Assembly (NCBI RefSeq): GCF_006345805.1
Contig: NC_043009.1
Location: 34,658,001 to 34,722,000 of the forward strand
DNA: 64,000 nucleotides
Reading direction: 5' to 3'
From: Octopus sinensis
Taxonomy: Eukaryota
Part shown: one piece after another, positions 13,404-26,385 of the stretch
How positions within the stretch are numbered: position 1 is the first letter of the stretch
How the letters are laid out: each line of letters begins with the position of its first letter
Position numbers and translations under genes: made by a program
The notes under the pieces: generated by a model
The model's database searches: none
Seen by the model: only the letters and a program-made list of their open reading frames with translations
Told to the model about the DNA's origin: nothing

Positions 13404-13600
13404 TTGGGCAAATGTCTTCTACTATAGCCTCGGGCTGACCAAAGCCTTGTGAGTGGATTTGGTCGACGGAAACTGAAAGAAGCACGTCGTATATGTATAT
13501 ATATATATGTGTATGTATATGTTTGTGTGTCTGTGTTTGTCACCCCAGCATCGCTTGACAACCGATGCTGGTGTGTTTACGTCCCTGTAACTTAGCGGTT
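13404..13600 (+). mobile_element. SINE family A, internal fragment
   Basis: Matches the family A CORE-like region through to GTAACTTAGCGGTT. Confidence 0.8.
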
Positions 13601-13894
13601 ATATATATATATATATATATATATCAATATATATATATATATATATAATATATATCAATATATATATGTATATATACTTATTTATATATAAGGGCATTAC
13701 TATACATAAATGTATGTATGCGTTGGAAATGGATGCGTGGCGTTCAATCAAATAGTAATAAATAAATCATATATATATTATATATTAATATATATATATG
13801 TATATACATGTATATATATATATATATTATATATGTATATACATGTATATATAATATATGTATATACATGTATATATATATATATATTATATAT

Positions 13895-13977
<83 letters not shown>

Positions 13978-14061
13978 CATGTATATATATATATATACAT
14001 GTATATATATATATATATATCTATATATATATATATATACATGTATATATATATATACATG

Positions 14062-14131
<70 letters not shown>

Positions 14132-14163
14132 GCATATATATATATGCACATGCATATATATAT
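13600..14163. repeat. (TA)n-rich array punctuated by CATG
   Basis: Directly visible. Confidence 0.9.
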
Positions 14164-14206
14164 GGCCGCATCTCTGACCTGAAACTAGAGAGAAAAAAAA
14201 TTACAT

Positions 14207-14588
14207 TGCATATATGGGTATAGGACGTCACCAACCGTAAACAACATGAAATACGAAAACAAGTGAGTTCAATACGCAAAGAACGATAGGAACAAATAGA
14301 AAATATGTCAATTAACACAAAGAACGACCCTTCATCAGTTCTCTGCTGTCTATATACTCATCATTTCGAGCATTGACCGACAGTATGCGTCCTCGAAGAC
14401 ACTTGCTCCCATAAGCACCAAAATAAGATTTGGGATTTATGGAGGGTGAAAGTTGGGAAGAAAACGGCAACTGATGAAGGTTGCTACTTGTCTTGTTTTC
14501 CATTTGTTTCTCTCGTTTGCGGATTGAACTCATTTGTTTTCGTATTTCATGTTGTCTACTGTTGGTGACATCCTGTGCCCATATATGC

Positions 14589-14589
<1 letters not shown>
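14207..14589. repeat. Family E inverted pair (14207-14345 and 14465-14589)
   Basis: Both arms run from ACTGATGAAGG to TCCT..CCCATATATGCA, in opposite orientation. Confidence 0.8.
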
Positions 14590-14641
<52 letters not shown>

Positions 14642-14649
<8 letters not shown>

Positions 14650-14799
14650 AAACGTAAATATACACACAAACATCATTTATAATATTTCTGCTGCTTTTAA
14701 AGAAAGCGTATTACTCTAGAGGTAGAGTAATATGTTTTATTTAAAAGCAGCAGAAATATTATAAATGATGTTTGTGTGTATATTTACGTTTTACATATA
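14642..14799. repeat. 158-nt hairpin with perfect 60-bp outer arms
   Basis: 14642-14701 is the exact reverse complement of 14740-14799; the inner stem continues to a GAGG loop. Confidence 0.95.
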
Positions 14800-15170
14800 A
14801 ATGTCTGCATATGTATGTGGTCTGTGTATATCCATCTGTGTATTTTGATGTATATATGTATATTGATGGCTTACTATGCGTATATACTATTGTAAAATAT
14901 TTTAATTTTTAATATATTAATTGTATTTATCGAATTATATTTCATATATAATTAATGACAATATGTATTTTTAATCCGCTCTTCGATTTAAGCTTTTCCT
15001 CGATTTTTTATAATAGGATGAATTTATATTGAATTCATTTATTTTGTTTATTTTGTTTATCGCATGCTTAAGACCGTTATTTGAAAAGACCAATGAAACA
15101 AATCCATTTTTAAAGGTGTATCCTTTAACTAGTTTGATGATATCGTTATTTCTGTTGTATTTTAACAAAA

Positions 15171-15206
15171 TGTCCGACGAACGGGAACGTGAAACTCTGA
15201 GTAACA
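15171..15206 (+). ncRNA. HHR-like motif with CCGACGA core (U4 to C)
   Basis: tgt-CCGACGA-acg ggaa cgt-GAAAC-tctga-GTA-aca. Confidence 0.55.
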
Positions 15207-15239
15207 GCTTTTGTTATATTTCTGCTGCTTTTAAACAAA

Positions 15240-15273
<34 letters not shown>

Positions 15274-15399
15274 CTCACAGACACACACACACACACACAC
15301 ACACAGACACACATACACAGACACACACACACACACATATTTCGCCAAGTTGGGCCAATGAACTCAACACGTTTTTTTCATTCTCACTTATCATTTCCT

Positions 15400-15530
15400 G
15401 TTATTACTTGCTGTCCAAGAGCGTAGGCTTGAAACGTAAAAATCTTTTACATTTTTCCAGAGTTTCAAACTGATACACTTGCTTGTTGTTCCTACTACTG
15501 TTTTCGTCTTCGTTTTTCAATAAATTTGAA

Positions 15531-15535
<5 letters not shown>
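15400..15535 (+). repeat. Family I PLE-type terminus with decayed CUGU-core HHR-like motif
   Basis: CTGTCCAAGAGCGTAGGCTTGAAACGTAAAA; matches the 21088-21286 and 51150-51348 copies. Confidence 0.7.
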
Positions 15536-15589
<54 letters not shown>

Positions 15590-15679
15590 ATATAGATAAA
15601 TAAGGATAAGATAATTATTTTAAATAGCGATCAAATCTAGTGGGAAGGAAAAACTTATAGATTGTGATAATTATTAAAG

Positions 15680-15887
15680 TTATAAATAAGGGTATCTAAG
15701 AGATACCACCATGCCTGAAATAGCAGTCAAAACCTGAGGCTAAACCACATCAAGTATTCAATACAACACAAGGTGGAAAGACTAAACACATATAAACAAG
15801 TAAAAATTAGATAATTCCAGACCCTGGGTTTCTAGCTCTGTATAGAAATGTATTCTGCCGTTGTCAATGAAATATACGATGAATTGT

Positions 15888-15920
<33 letters not shown>

Positions 15921-16063
15921 CACACACACATAAACATGCAAATACTCACATATACTCACGTCTTTTCCCCTTGTTATGTATTGAATAATTGAGGTGGTTT
16001 TTGAGTCAGGTTTTGACTGCTTTTTCAAGCATGGTGGTATCTCTAAGATACTCTTATTTATAA
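15680..16063. repeat. Inverted repeat (15680-15765 and 15977-16063) enclosing a decayed minus-strand HHR at 15816-15871
   Basis: Arms are clearly complementary; minus strand reads ttca-TTGACAA-cggc..gcta-GAAAC-ccagg-GTC-tgga. Confidence 0.7.
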
Positions 16064-16087
16064 TTTTTATATACATACATACATACA

Positions 16088-16123
<36 letters not shown>

Positions 16124-16267
16124 TGCTTTCGGTGCGAATGTTTTTTTTATACGGCGCCGAGTTTACAATCCTGTAAATAATAATAATGTTATTTTTATAT
16201 AAGCTTAAAGCTTATGGCAATCACCGTGCAATGATTAAGGTAAATGGTTTGTTTTTTCGTAAACTTT

Positions 16268-16324
<57 letters not shown>

Positions 16325-16350
16325 GTTGAATTTTTCTTACGAAGGATATA

Positions 16351-16510
16351 TATTCTTTACTACCCACAAGGGGCTAAACACAGAGAGGACAAACAAGAAC
16401 AGACAAACGGATTAAGTCGATTATATCGACCCCAGTGCGTAACTGGCACTTATTTAATCGACCCCCGAAAGGATGAAAGGCAAAGTCGACCTCGGCGGAA
16501 TTTGAACTCG
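16351..16510 (-). mobile_element. SINE family C (Meta-domain-like), 5' truncated
   Basis: Minus strand GCCTTTCATCCTTTCGGGGGTCGATTAAATAAGT; matches 57905-58135. Confidence 0.85.
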
Positions 16511-17154
16511 GATAGATATAGACCGCATAGAAGTGCTCAAGTCGAGCGTGAGACAAGTATAATAAATGGAATGGAGAAAGTTCAAATCAGGCAAAGTGCA
16601 ATGAACTCATATGTATAATGATTTAATTATGATTGTCCAAAAAACGTATATTGATATATTAAAAATACATATGAAAATGAATATAAAAATATAAACATAT
16701 ATGAATATTAAACAAATATATAGACATATAAATATATGAATATACAAACATAGTCATAAAATAATGAAGTATAGGATTATAGATAAAAATGTTTCGTTTT
16801 TTAATAGGCGTCAAGAAAAAAGTTTTAAATTAAAACTTTGTGGGGAAAGACTTCCAGGCTGGATTCGAATGGAAGTGGTGTATTGCAGCGCAAGGTGACT
16901 ATTTAGAAGGCGCTTATAGTAAAATTTAGGTAAAAATGTTAATTTTTATTAAACATAAGTCCGGGAACCTCGTAAATAGATACTGGGGTGACATGTTCTA
17001 TAAAACCCTTAAATATGGTGCCCAACATGGTCGCAGTCCAATGACTGAGACGAATAAAAGATAATGTATATGCATACTCACACACATACATAACGTGTGT
17101 GCGTGTGTGTATCCATGCTATAAATGAGTGTGTGTGTGTGTGTGTATGTATATC

Positions 17155-17590
17155 ATTTACTTTTCTTGGTCATTAGATTGTGGACATGTTGGGCACGTGC
17201 TTGAAGAGTTTTAGTCGAACGAATCGACTGATTCGCTCTGGACCGCTGGAATCAACTACAGTACTAGAATTTGAAGGCTGGTACTTATTTAATTAGTCTC
17301 TTATGCTGAACTACTAAGTTACGAGAACTTAAACGCAAGAAGCTTGTTACAGGAGACAAAAAAAAAGACACAAACACACACACATAGATATATATCTTTA
17401 CAAATTTACTTATAGGATGGACTTCTTTCAGTTTCTATCCCCCAAATCCGCCTACCAAATCTATTCTAATGCCGTGATCGGCCCAAGGTTATTAGCAGAA
17501 GACGCTTGCCCAAGGTACCACGCTGTGGAACAGTGCACAGAACTATGTGGCTAGGAAGCAAACTTCTAACCACATAGCTAACCCTCGCCT
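17155..17590 (-). mobile_element. SINE family A, old diverged copy
   Basis: Colinear with 595-1005, with many substitutions. Confidence 0.7.
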
Positions 17591-17655
17591 CTGTGCGTGT
17601 ATGTGTGTGTGTGTGTACATACGCACACAAATACACGCATATACACGCATATACA

Positions 17656-17717
<62 letters not shown>

Positions 17718-17726
17718 ACACACACA

Positions 17727-17762
<36 letters not shown>

Positions 17763-18232
17763 AGTTTTGTAAGTTAATATTTCGGTGACTCTAGTTAGGT
17801 CATTTGCATTGATGCTACTTTGCCTCATCGTTCTATCATTACATATCTTTACAAAAAACCAGGTTTTATAGCATTTAATTTCGTTTTCATTGATGCATTT
17901 ATTTATTGATGTATTCACATCGAAATGGTCTCCGCCTGAAGAAAATAAGAAAAGAAAAACCACTGATACAAACAAAAAAAGAGAGAAAAAAAATGATTAA
18001 AAAAGTCACTATATCCTCCTTTATGATTGATTTCTATCGATTATTTTAATTATCTTTGCATTTCTAGACAGATATCAAAGAACATATGGTATCTATTCCA
18101 ATCAAATATCGCCTTTCATTCTTTATTATGGAGTAACAAGAAAATGAAATAAAAAAAAATGAACGAACACAAAATACTGAAGGTCTATATATAGTGGCAA
18201 CAACTATATTCAGTTCAACTATACAGCTCCCT

Positions 18233-18275
<43 letters not shown>

Positions 18276-18303
18276 CTGCACTCTACACATTTTTATGTCT
18301 TAC

Positions 18304-18348
<45 letters not shown>

Positions 18349-18378
18349 GATGTGTACATCCATATATCTACCAATCCG

Positions 18379-18428
18379 TATCTATCTATCTATCTATCTA
18401 TCTATCTGTCTATCTATCTATCTATCTG

Positions 18429-18459
<31 letters not shown>

Positions 18460-18480
18460 GTCTATCTATCTACCAATCCG

Positions 18481-18545
<65 letters not shown>
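18379..18545. repeat. (TCTA)n microsatellite
   Basis: Directly visible. Confidence 0.95.
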
Positions 18546-19199
18546 CTCTAACTATCAATATATGCCTTTCTATCGATATGCACATATATATGCATTCATA
18601 TATATATGATATATATGTGTATTTATATACACGTACATATATATTTTTATATTGGTATACGTATGTGTATATATATATATACAAATATAATATAAATATA
18701 AATATGAATATATATATATAAGTATATATTTGTGTTTACATATGGATGTATATGTATATATTATTATTTATATCTATGCCCATTTATCTTTTTCTCCACT
18801 CTGTACGTGCGTACATATATGAAAAACAAGAAACATTGTTCTAAATATATACATGCATATGTACATACACGCACGTATGTATGCATATCAATGTACATAT
18901 ACAGACATACTCACACACATACATACTTACATACAAACATACATGTATACATACATACATACATACATACATACATACATACATACATAAGCATACAAGC
19001 TACATACATACATGCATACATACATATACATACATTCAATCACACATATACACTTCAGGGTATATTTTCGGATTCAGGTTAATGTTTCACAAAATGTTCT
19101 AGAATCAATCTAGATCAATTACACATCTGAACCTGCTTAGAGATATTTTAGCTCCATTCCCCGTTCTACCGCATCACCACTACACCTCCTCCACTATCT

Positions 19200-19660
19200 T
19201 GTGCTTGGGAATATTTTAGCTTTATTCCCCCATCCCGCAACTTTTGCTTCGTCAGAGCAGCTTCATTAGTTTTAGTGGTGCAACAACAACGCAGCTCTTC
19301 TTTGCTTACTGGACTTACAATGCTTCATTGATTGATTCCATGTCAAACTGCACTCCGTGTTCTGTACTTGCTTATGAAACACCATGGACAGCAGATATGG
19401 TCGAACGATCTTCCAGAAATAGCAACTCCCCTGTTCCCAAGTTACTTCATATCACAACTACATACTATTGTCTCTAATCTAGTTAAAGTGAGAACTTCTT
19501 CGTGGTCATGTCAACCTGCTAGAAACAGCAGTCGGATATTCCCGTTGCGAAAAGATAGGTACTCATCGGATTATATATTCCTCGATATATTGCACCTAAA
19601 GGAAAAAGACGGAATGGTCACGACTGGAAAGCCACGGCACTAACCTCATGGTTGAGGTGG
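19200..19660 (-). pseudogene. Possible LINE APE-endonuclease fragment
   Basis: Minus frame GTGELL..HGV..INEAL..CVVVAP has motifs in APE-like order. Confidence 0.3.
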
Positions 19661-19834
19661 GATTCAACAATAGCAACAGCAACAACATTCCTCTTTATGT
19701 GAAAAAGCAAATTGGAAATGTGCGGTCGTAGTTATATGACAAGTATATAAAATAGCGTTGATGGTTACAGTTGAAAAACTTTGGTGGTGGGGCTCAGTAA
19801 CAAGAGTAGCTGCAATAACAGCAGCAGCATCTGC

Positions 19835-19869
<35 letters not shown>

Positions 19870-20266
19870 AATACCAATCGCCGTCCTAATAAAGGACGAT
19901 ATATATATGAAATATATGATACGATCTTCGATATACTGTATTTTACAAACAAACACTGGATGATTATTATTATTACTGGATAAACTGTTGACCATTGGTC
20001 TTCAGGATCTGGGGCTAAGCGTGAAAGAACAGAAATTCTCTTTATAACACTGGGCAACAAAAAAAAATATTGTCTGCTACCAAGCAAATGGTGCTGTACC
20101 AACCTAAAATCGAGCACGCTGATTACGAATCTGAACTCAGAATTGCTGTAACACGTCAGGATTTTGAGTTATGCGCATAATTCTATATTAATACTATATT
20201 AGTATCTGACGGGGTGGGTGGGGTGCGGACTCGGATAATTCACACGATCCAGTCACCCGACTTCGA

Positions 20267-20675
20267 CACCCGGCCACCAAAAAAGAAAAAAGTGTTATAG
20301 GTGTAAAATAATGTCTATGAAACGATTATGAAATAAATGCGCGCTGGTGGTCAGGGTAAGTAAGGACAGAACTCGGAAAATTCATATGATCAAACTCACA
20401 GGATCCGAAAACTCAGTTAACATCCGGTCACAAAAATGGATAAAGAAATAGTGTAATAGGTGTAAAACAACATGTAGTAAACGAATATGAAAGCAAAAAT
20501 GCGCGCTGGCATACAAGGGGTGGAGAGAAGACATAGAAAGTCACTCGATTATACTCACGGGAACCTAAAACTCAACGTTCACACCCGGTCACAAAAATGG
20601 AAAAACAAAAAAAATAGTGTGTTAGGTGTAAAACATAGTAAACGACTATGGAAAAAAAAGTGCGCGTTGGCGCAG
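20267..20675. repeat. Diverged minisatellite of about 155-160 bp, roughly 2.6 copies
   Basis: Units start at 20267, 20421 and 20582 (CAYCCGGYCAC..TAGGTGTAAAA..TGCGCGYTGG). Confidence 0.85.
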
Positions 20676-21024
20676 GATTCCATGCAGTAGGACTGAACCG
20701 GAACTGTGTGGTTGGGAAGAATATCCATTTTCTTGAGGGAAAAATGGGATCCTGTGAATTGTCCTGGTCCTCCGCCCCCACCCCCGTTCGCCGGCAAGTG
20801 TCTTCAACTATCTTTTTTCGGTATTTTTCTCCCATAAAACAATGAAGCGGCATCCATTGGTGTAATAGAAGTAATCATAAAACAGAAGCCGTGTGTAAGA
20901 AAACATTCTCAAAGAGAAAAGCACGCTATCACAATGAATTACAGAAATTATGTTTTGAAAATAATCTATACATACCTCTGTGCATGATCCATTTCTTGGC
21001 TATAGGCAGCAAGTCCTATATATA

Positions 21025-21087
<63 letters not shown>

Positions 21088-21088
<1 letters not shown>

Positions 21089-21286
21089 GGGAGAGTTTAC
21101 GAAAAAAACAAAAGACGAAGACAGGTGGTGTACAAAACAAACAGATGTATTAGTATAACGCTCAGGAATAGAAAAAGTATTTTACGTTTCGAGCCTACGC
21201 TCTTCTACAGAAAGGGACACAGAAAAAACAAGGAGAGAAACAAGGGAGAAAAAAATGTGTGTAGTGGCTAACGATCTATCATGGCG
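21088..21286 (-). repeat. Family I PLE-type terminus with CUGUAGA-core HHR-like motif at 21180-21213
   Basis: Minus strand ttt-CTGTAGA-a-gagc gtag gctc-GAAAC-GTA-aaa; abuts (TA)n. Confidence 0.75.
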
Positions 21287-21300
21287 ATATATGTATATAT

Positions 21301-21460
21301 ATATGAAGTGGGGGGATATTCCTTATGTTGTATGTCTCGTTTCTCTGTTTTTTTCGTTGTTTGAAACCAAGTTCGTTTCTGTTTTGTCTTTATGTTTTCG
21401 TTTCTCACTGTGCTCAACGTTTTTTTTTATGTCCTGTACCCATATATGCATTTATATATA
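21301..21460 (+). repeat. Family E terminus
   Basis: Ends GTCCTGTACCCATATATGCA, like the 14589 and about 43075 copies. Confidence 0.65.
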
Positions 21461-22294
21461 CATATATATATATATATAGGTATGTACATATATGTATGTA
21501 TATATGCACATAATTAAAAGATTATGAGAAAAAATATTCAATTAGTTGAATAATTACACATTTGAAAATGGTTTTACATCATAGGTCCTTTCAACTAACG
21601 GTCTTTTCAATGACGGGTTGCATGCAATTACAAATTTCGGTATAAAATCATCCTATTATAAAAAAAAAACGATGAAAACCTTAAATCAAAAATAGCTTAT
21701 TAAGAAAGACCTGAATACCTAGGATAAATAATTAGTTGTAACATATTAATCAATTGATATATTAAAAGTTATATCCGTTTAAAAATTTTTTCACGCTCAA
21801 TCACATATACATCTAGCAGTATACACATATACCAACTCATCTATAATATACATATATACACTAAACATACAAACGCATGCACATAGCTACATACATATAC
21901 AGATATATGTAGGCAAGACATAAATATATACACAAATGCATATATATGTATGTGCGCACACATACGCACGCGCACAAAATCTCCTGAGCCTATGCTTATG
22001 CAAGTTAGTTCTTATAGGCGAAAGAAAGAGAAGGAAAAAAAATCAGAAAATATTAAGTATGGGGGTGGGTGGGGAGGAATAAAACAGTGGAAAAGAAGAA
22101 AAGAAATAAAGGAAAGGAAATTAAAGAGAGAAAGGGGGAAAAAGATAGGGTTAGAGAGTGTTACATAATGGCGTTCGAAAAACATCTTAGGACGATTAGA
22201 CACTTTGTTTAGCTAGCGCAACGAACACAAAACGCACACATAAAATTATAAGTATATCTACATAAATACAAGCATACAAACAAATATACATACA

Positions 22295-22731
22295 CTAGCA
22301 GAATTGCCCGGCGATGCTCGGGGCTGAATTGCTTGAAAGTACTGTTAATGATTGCACTGAATTATGATGATCATTCAGGCAAATATTGATATAAGTTTAC
22401 GGCGAATGAATGTATTTGCAAGTGTATAGAAAGCCGTGTAAAGGGGTTCCTATCCCCTCGTAGAATGGTGTAAGAATTGAATGCGAGGTTGCTTTGAAAA
22501 GAGCCATGTTATTGTTCTCATAATTGTAAGAATTTGATAGTCGTGGAAGGCGGTGTAAAACGTTCGCAGGTGAATAGGGTCTCTTCGTTTTCCACGAACG
22601 GCAGCGGATGTGCTGTTACAAAACTTTATGCTGTGTTAAAAGAGAATGGATGCCCTATGTAGTGGTATGAGGTTGATAGTGTTATGTTGTCTGTACGGAA
22701 CTAAAAGGTCCATATTTTTATCCTTCACTTC

Positions 22732-22793
<62 letters not shown>

Positions 22794-22800
22794 ACAGACA

Positions 22801-22837
<37 letters not shown>

Positions 22838-24297
22838 ACCTTCTTAGCTTACAATTTGTTTCTTTCAACAATTGACAACTGTAACAAATACACACGTGTG
22901 TGTGTTTGAGTGTTTTTTGTTGTTTCCTGCGTCGACAATTCATTTCCACCCAGTTTAGCAATTCTGTATTCAACGTCAATGAGTGTTTTGTTATAGATTT
23001 CATTGCTGATACCCTCCATGTCAGGATAGAGCAGTTGAGCTTTGCGCTGAAGGGGACAATGTTTTTGAGATTCCGGTTCGAATGTAAGGCAGGTTTGAAA
23101 GTTGCCTGTATATATGTACAAAATCCACCGAGAAGGCTTTTGTTGGTCTGAAGCTACAGCAGAAGACACATGCCAAGTCACCACACAGTGGGACTGAACC
23201 CAGGACCATGTGTTTGGAACGTAGTTTGTTACCACACAGCCATACCTGCCCCTATGTATGTGTGTGTGTGTGTGTGTGTGTGCGTATGTGTGTATGGGTA
23301 GATATATTATGCATGTATATATGTGTATATATATATATATGTACATATTACATGTACATCTATATATATACATCTACACATAAAATACAAAATACAAAGT
23401 TATATCTTGATATCGCTAGTGATAACAATACTCAAAATATATAACAGACTGGAATTGTAGGCCCGTCTCTTGCAATTTAGATCAATTGGATCTTGTCCTC
23501 TCTCTTGTATAGAAGTGTACGGCTGCAGCGAAATTCATTTTTGGACTTTCTCTATCGAAAGCATTTTAACAAAAATGCTTCCGTAAAGACGGTGAAAATA
23601 TTGCCAGTTTCCCCAAACAGGGACACAATTCAATTTTTAAACAATAACCAAAGCCCCTTCTCCGAAAGGGGGGGGGGTTAGGGTTTACAATTATTTAACA
23701 AATGCAACACAACAACGTTTCCCTGACGAGGAACCAACAAACGTGATTACAATAGTCAAACAGTAATAATAATAACAACAAACCTTTTTAATTTATCCCC
23801 ATTTATGTGAAACCACTTATTCAAGTTCAAGTCATTGATGCAATTTTATACGAATTGCTAATACACACACATAATAAGGGTGAAAAATTGAATATTAATT
23901 TGATTAATATGAATTGAAAACCAGTGATATAGCATATAAGACCATAGCGGATCTTCCTCTAGCAAAAAGGATGACCAATATTAATGGCTCAACCCTGTTA
24001 TATAAATACTTTCACTTTAATTGTTGCACACTTGCAAAGAGAAAGTAGGAGAAAGTATGGTGGTAATGGAAGGAGTGAAGCACTTGAAATGAGAGAGGGA
24101 AATCGTAAAATATTGAGTTTTCTCGAATTTTTGCTTATTGGGGGGTGAAATTGAAAAAACTTAACATGCCATGACCCAATGGAATCTACTTCGAAAAATC
24201 ATAGGTAAATTCCAATTGAAGAAATTCTATATTGTACAATTGTATAAAAAACGAACGATTTGGGAGGCAGATAAATTCTGCCTTTTATCATAAGAGA
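22295..24297 (-). mobile_element. Non-autonomous Helitron with nested repeats
   Basis: Minus-strand 5' end A|TCTCTTATGATAAAAGG; 3' hairpin CCCGAGCATCGCCGGG lies 8 nt before CTAG|T. Confidence 0.7.
23105..23252 (-). mobile_element. SINE family A head fragment nested in the Helitron
   Basis: CAGTGGGACTGAACCC..ACCACACAGCCA. Confidence 0.7.
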
Positions 24298-24474
24298 TAT
24301 AGATACGTATAAAAATATACAAAAATATTTACGCAAATGCATGCCCATATGTATAAAAGTATACACACATATACATACACACTTATATATGTATGTATCT
24401 ATCTATATATGTATATGAATACACACACACACATACACACACATATGTATACGCATACACACATACATACTCAC

Positions 24475-26057
24475 CAATACATACACATATAGAGACATAT
24501 TTTCACATCAGGATAAATATATTCATCATAACGTATATATGCAAACAATCTTAAAAAACTGTAAAAATAAGAAAATTGTACATTAATTTGATATAACTAA
24601 TTAGATATGTAAATAAACAATAAAGATAAAAAATAAACCTCAGCGACGCTTAAGCTTAAAATTTTAAAACAGTCAAAGGCGTTCTTAAAAATGGAGTCGA
24701 AATATTCACTAGCATTTCAATGCAAAATAACTATAGCATGTAAAGTCAAATTCAAATGTGACAGCCAAAATTATCCGTAAGTCAAAACATTTTACCCATA
24801 CGGTATTTTGTTGACATTTTAAACTTTGCGGCGTGCATGCAGGCATTTAAGAATCTAGTTAGTAATGTAGGAAGGCGAATAGCATCAATTTCTTCAGATG
24901 AGACAGCATTTGAAAATGCTGCACCATATTACAACAATGCATTAACGGAAAGTGTATTTTCGGAGATCTGGTATAGTTAAGTTAAGTCTAGCAATAATAG
25001 CCCACTTAGACCTAGGACTTGGAAAGTTTTGTGGTTTAACCCTGCATTTAATATTGCAGTAAAAACTAATATAGTTAGGGAATTCTTAAAATTAGTTTCT
25101 AAGCGTTTTCTATCTAGCCATAAGTTCTATCGAATATTTAATAGGAGAACACTGAAGGTTAGCTATTCTTGTTGCAAAAACTTCGCCTCTCTCATTAGCC
25201 AGCATAACATGAAAAATATTAGAGACAACTACAGCGCCGAATCTAATCTGAGGAACTGCAACTTCGAAGATAAAACTTGTCCGTTGGAAGGAAAATGTCT
25301 TGAAAAAAGCAGTGTTTATAGAGCGAAAGTGAAAGTAGATGGCTCGCAAGAATATAAAACATATACAGGGGCTTCGGAAAATTCATCCAAGACTCGATTA
25401 TATTCTCACCGAAATAATTTCCGATACTCCGAGAACAGGATAGCGACTAGTCTAGCAAAATGTGTCTGGGAATTGAAAGAGAATAAAACATGTCCTTTCA
25501 ACGTCACCTAAGAAATTCTAGAAAAAGCGTCATAATACAGACATGTAGCTTATAATAGACCTATGAAATGTAATCTTTGCCTCTCAGAAAAGTTCTTCAT
25601 CCTGTTCCAGGATAACAATGCTTTGAACCAGATACGCGAGCTCTTAAATTCCTGTAGGCACGCCACGAGGTTTAAAATATCGACCGACAAAATACCGTAT
25701 GGGTAAAATGTTTTGACTTTCGAAAAAAAAGTTTTACTGTCGCCTTTAAATTTGACTTTACATGTTATAGTTATTTTGCATTGCTATGCTAGTGAATATT
25801 TCGACTTCACTTTTAAGAAAGCCTTCGACTGTTTTACAATTTTAAGCTTAAGCTTCGCCGAGGTTTATTTAAATTTTTATTGTTTACTCACGCATTTAAT
25901 TATGTTATATCAAATTAATGTTCAATTTTCTTATTTTTACATTTTAATATTATATATACCGGATAGTTTTTAAAATTGTTCGCACATATACGTTATGATG
26001 TATATATTTATCTTCATGTTAAGATATGTCTATATATTTAAGTGTATTTATGTATTG
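24475..26057 (+). mobile_element. 5'-truncated Penelope-like element with inverted pseudo-LTR (24475-24852 against 25642-26057)
   Basis: Diverged inverted repeat of about 400 bp flanks an RT-thumb and GIY-YIG coding remnant. Confidence 0.85.
24865..25706 (+). pseudogene. PLE RT thumb plus GIY-YIG endonuclease (possibly Naiad-like), with internal stops
   Basis: WFNPAF..KTNI..FL, IFNRRTLKVSYSC, CPLEGKC..VY..YTG..KTR..H, CNLCLSEK, LN..ELLNSCRH. Confidence 0.85.
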
Positions 26058-26131
26058 TAGGTATGTATATGTATATATGTGTGTATGTGTATACATATGT
26101 GTGTGTGTGTATGTGTATGTGCGTATATTTT

Positions 26132-26385
26132 CGTGGTTGAAGTTAATGGCGATTTTATTGAATAGATTTACTCTGTAGTATTTCAAGATATTTCTATGTA
26201 ATTTTGGTAAATCTATTCAATACAATCGACATTAACTTCAACCACGGCCTCCAGACGACTTCGGAATCTCCTGCAACTCTTCTGGACTGTCTCCTTGTTT
26301 AAGTTGGTGAATGCTGCCATAATCATTGCCATCAGTTCATCTTTGGGTTTACAAGAAGTTTTGTTGGTCTCTCGCTAAACTGTTG
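26132..26385 (-). mobile_element. maT-like (DD37D) transposase C-terminal fragment with a fold-back of its end
   Basis: KDELMAMIMAAFTNLNKETVQKSCRRFRSRLEAVVE; 26132-26171 is the inverted copy of 26207-26246. Confidence 0.75.

Noticed and set aside
13710-14318. Many long ORFs rich in YI, CV, HT, LSIY, poly-N, poly-I or poly-L (here and throughout)
   Set aside because: They are translations of microsatellites
20267-20675. Repeat-and-spacer appearance resembling a CRISPR array
   Set aside because: Units are long and diverged, the context is eukaryotic and there are no cas genes
25029-25760. Possible selenocysteine recoding as reported for some Naiad PLEs
   Set aside because: No in-frame TGA at cysteine positions and no recognisable SECIS after the stop
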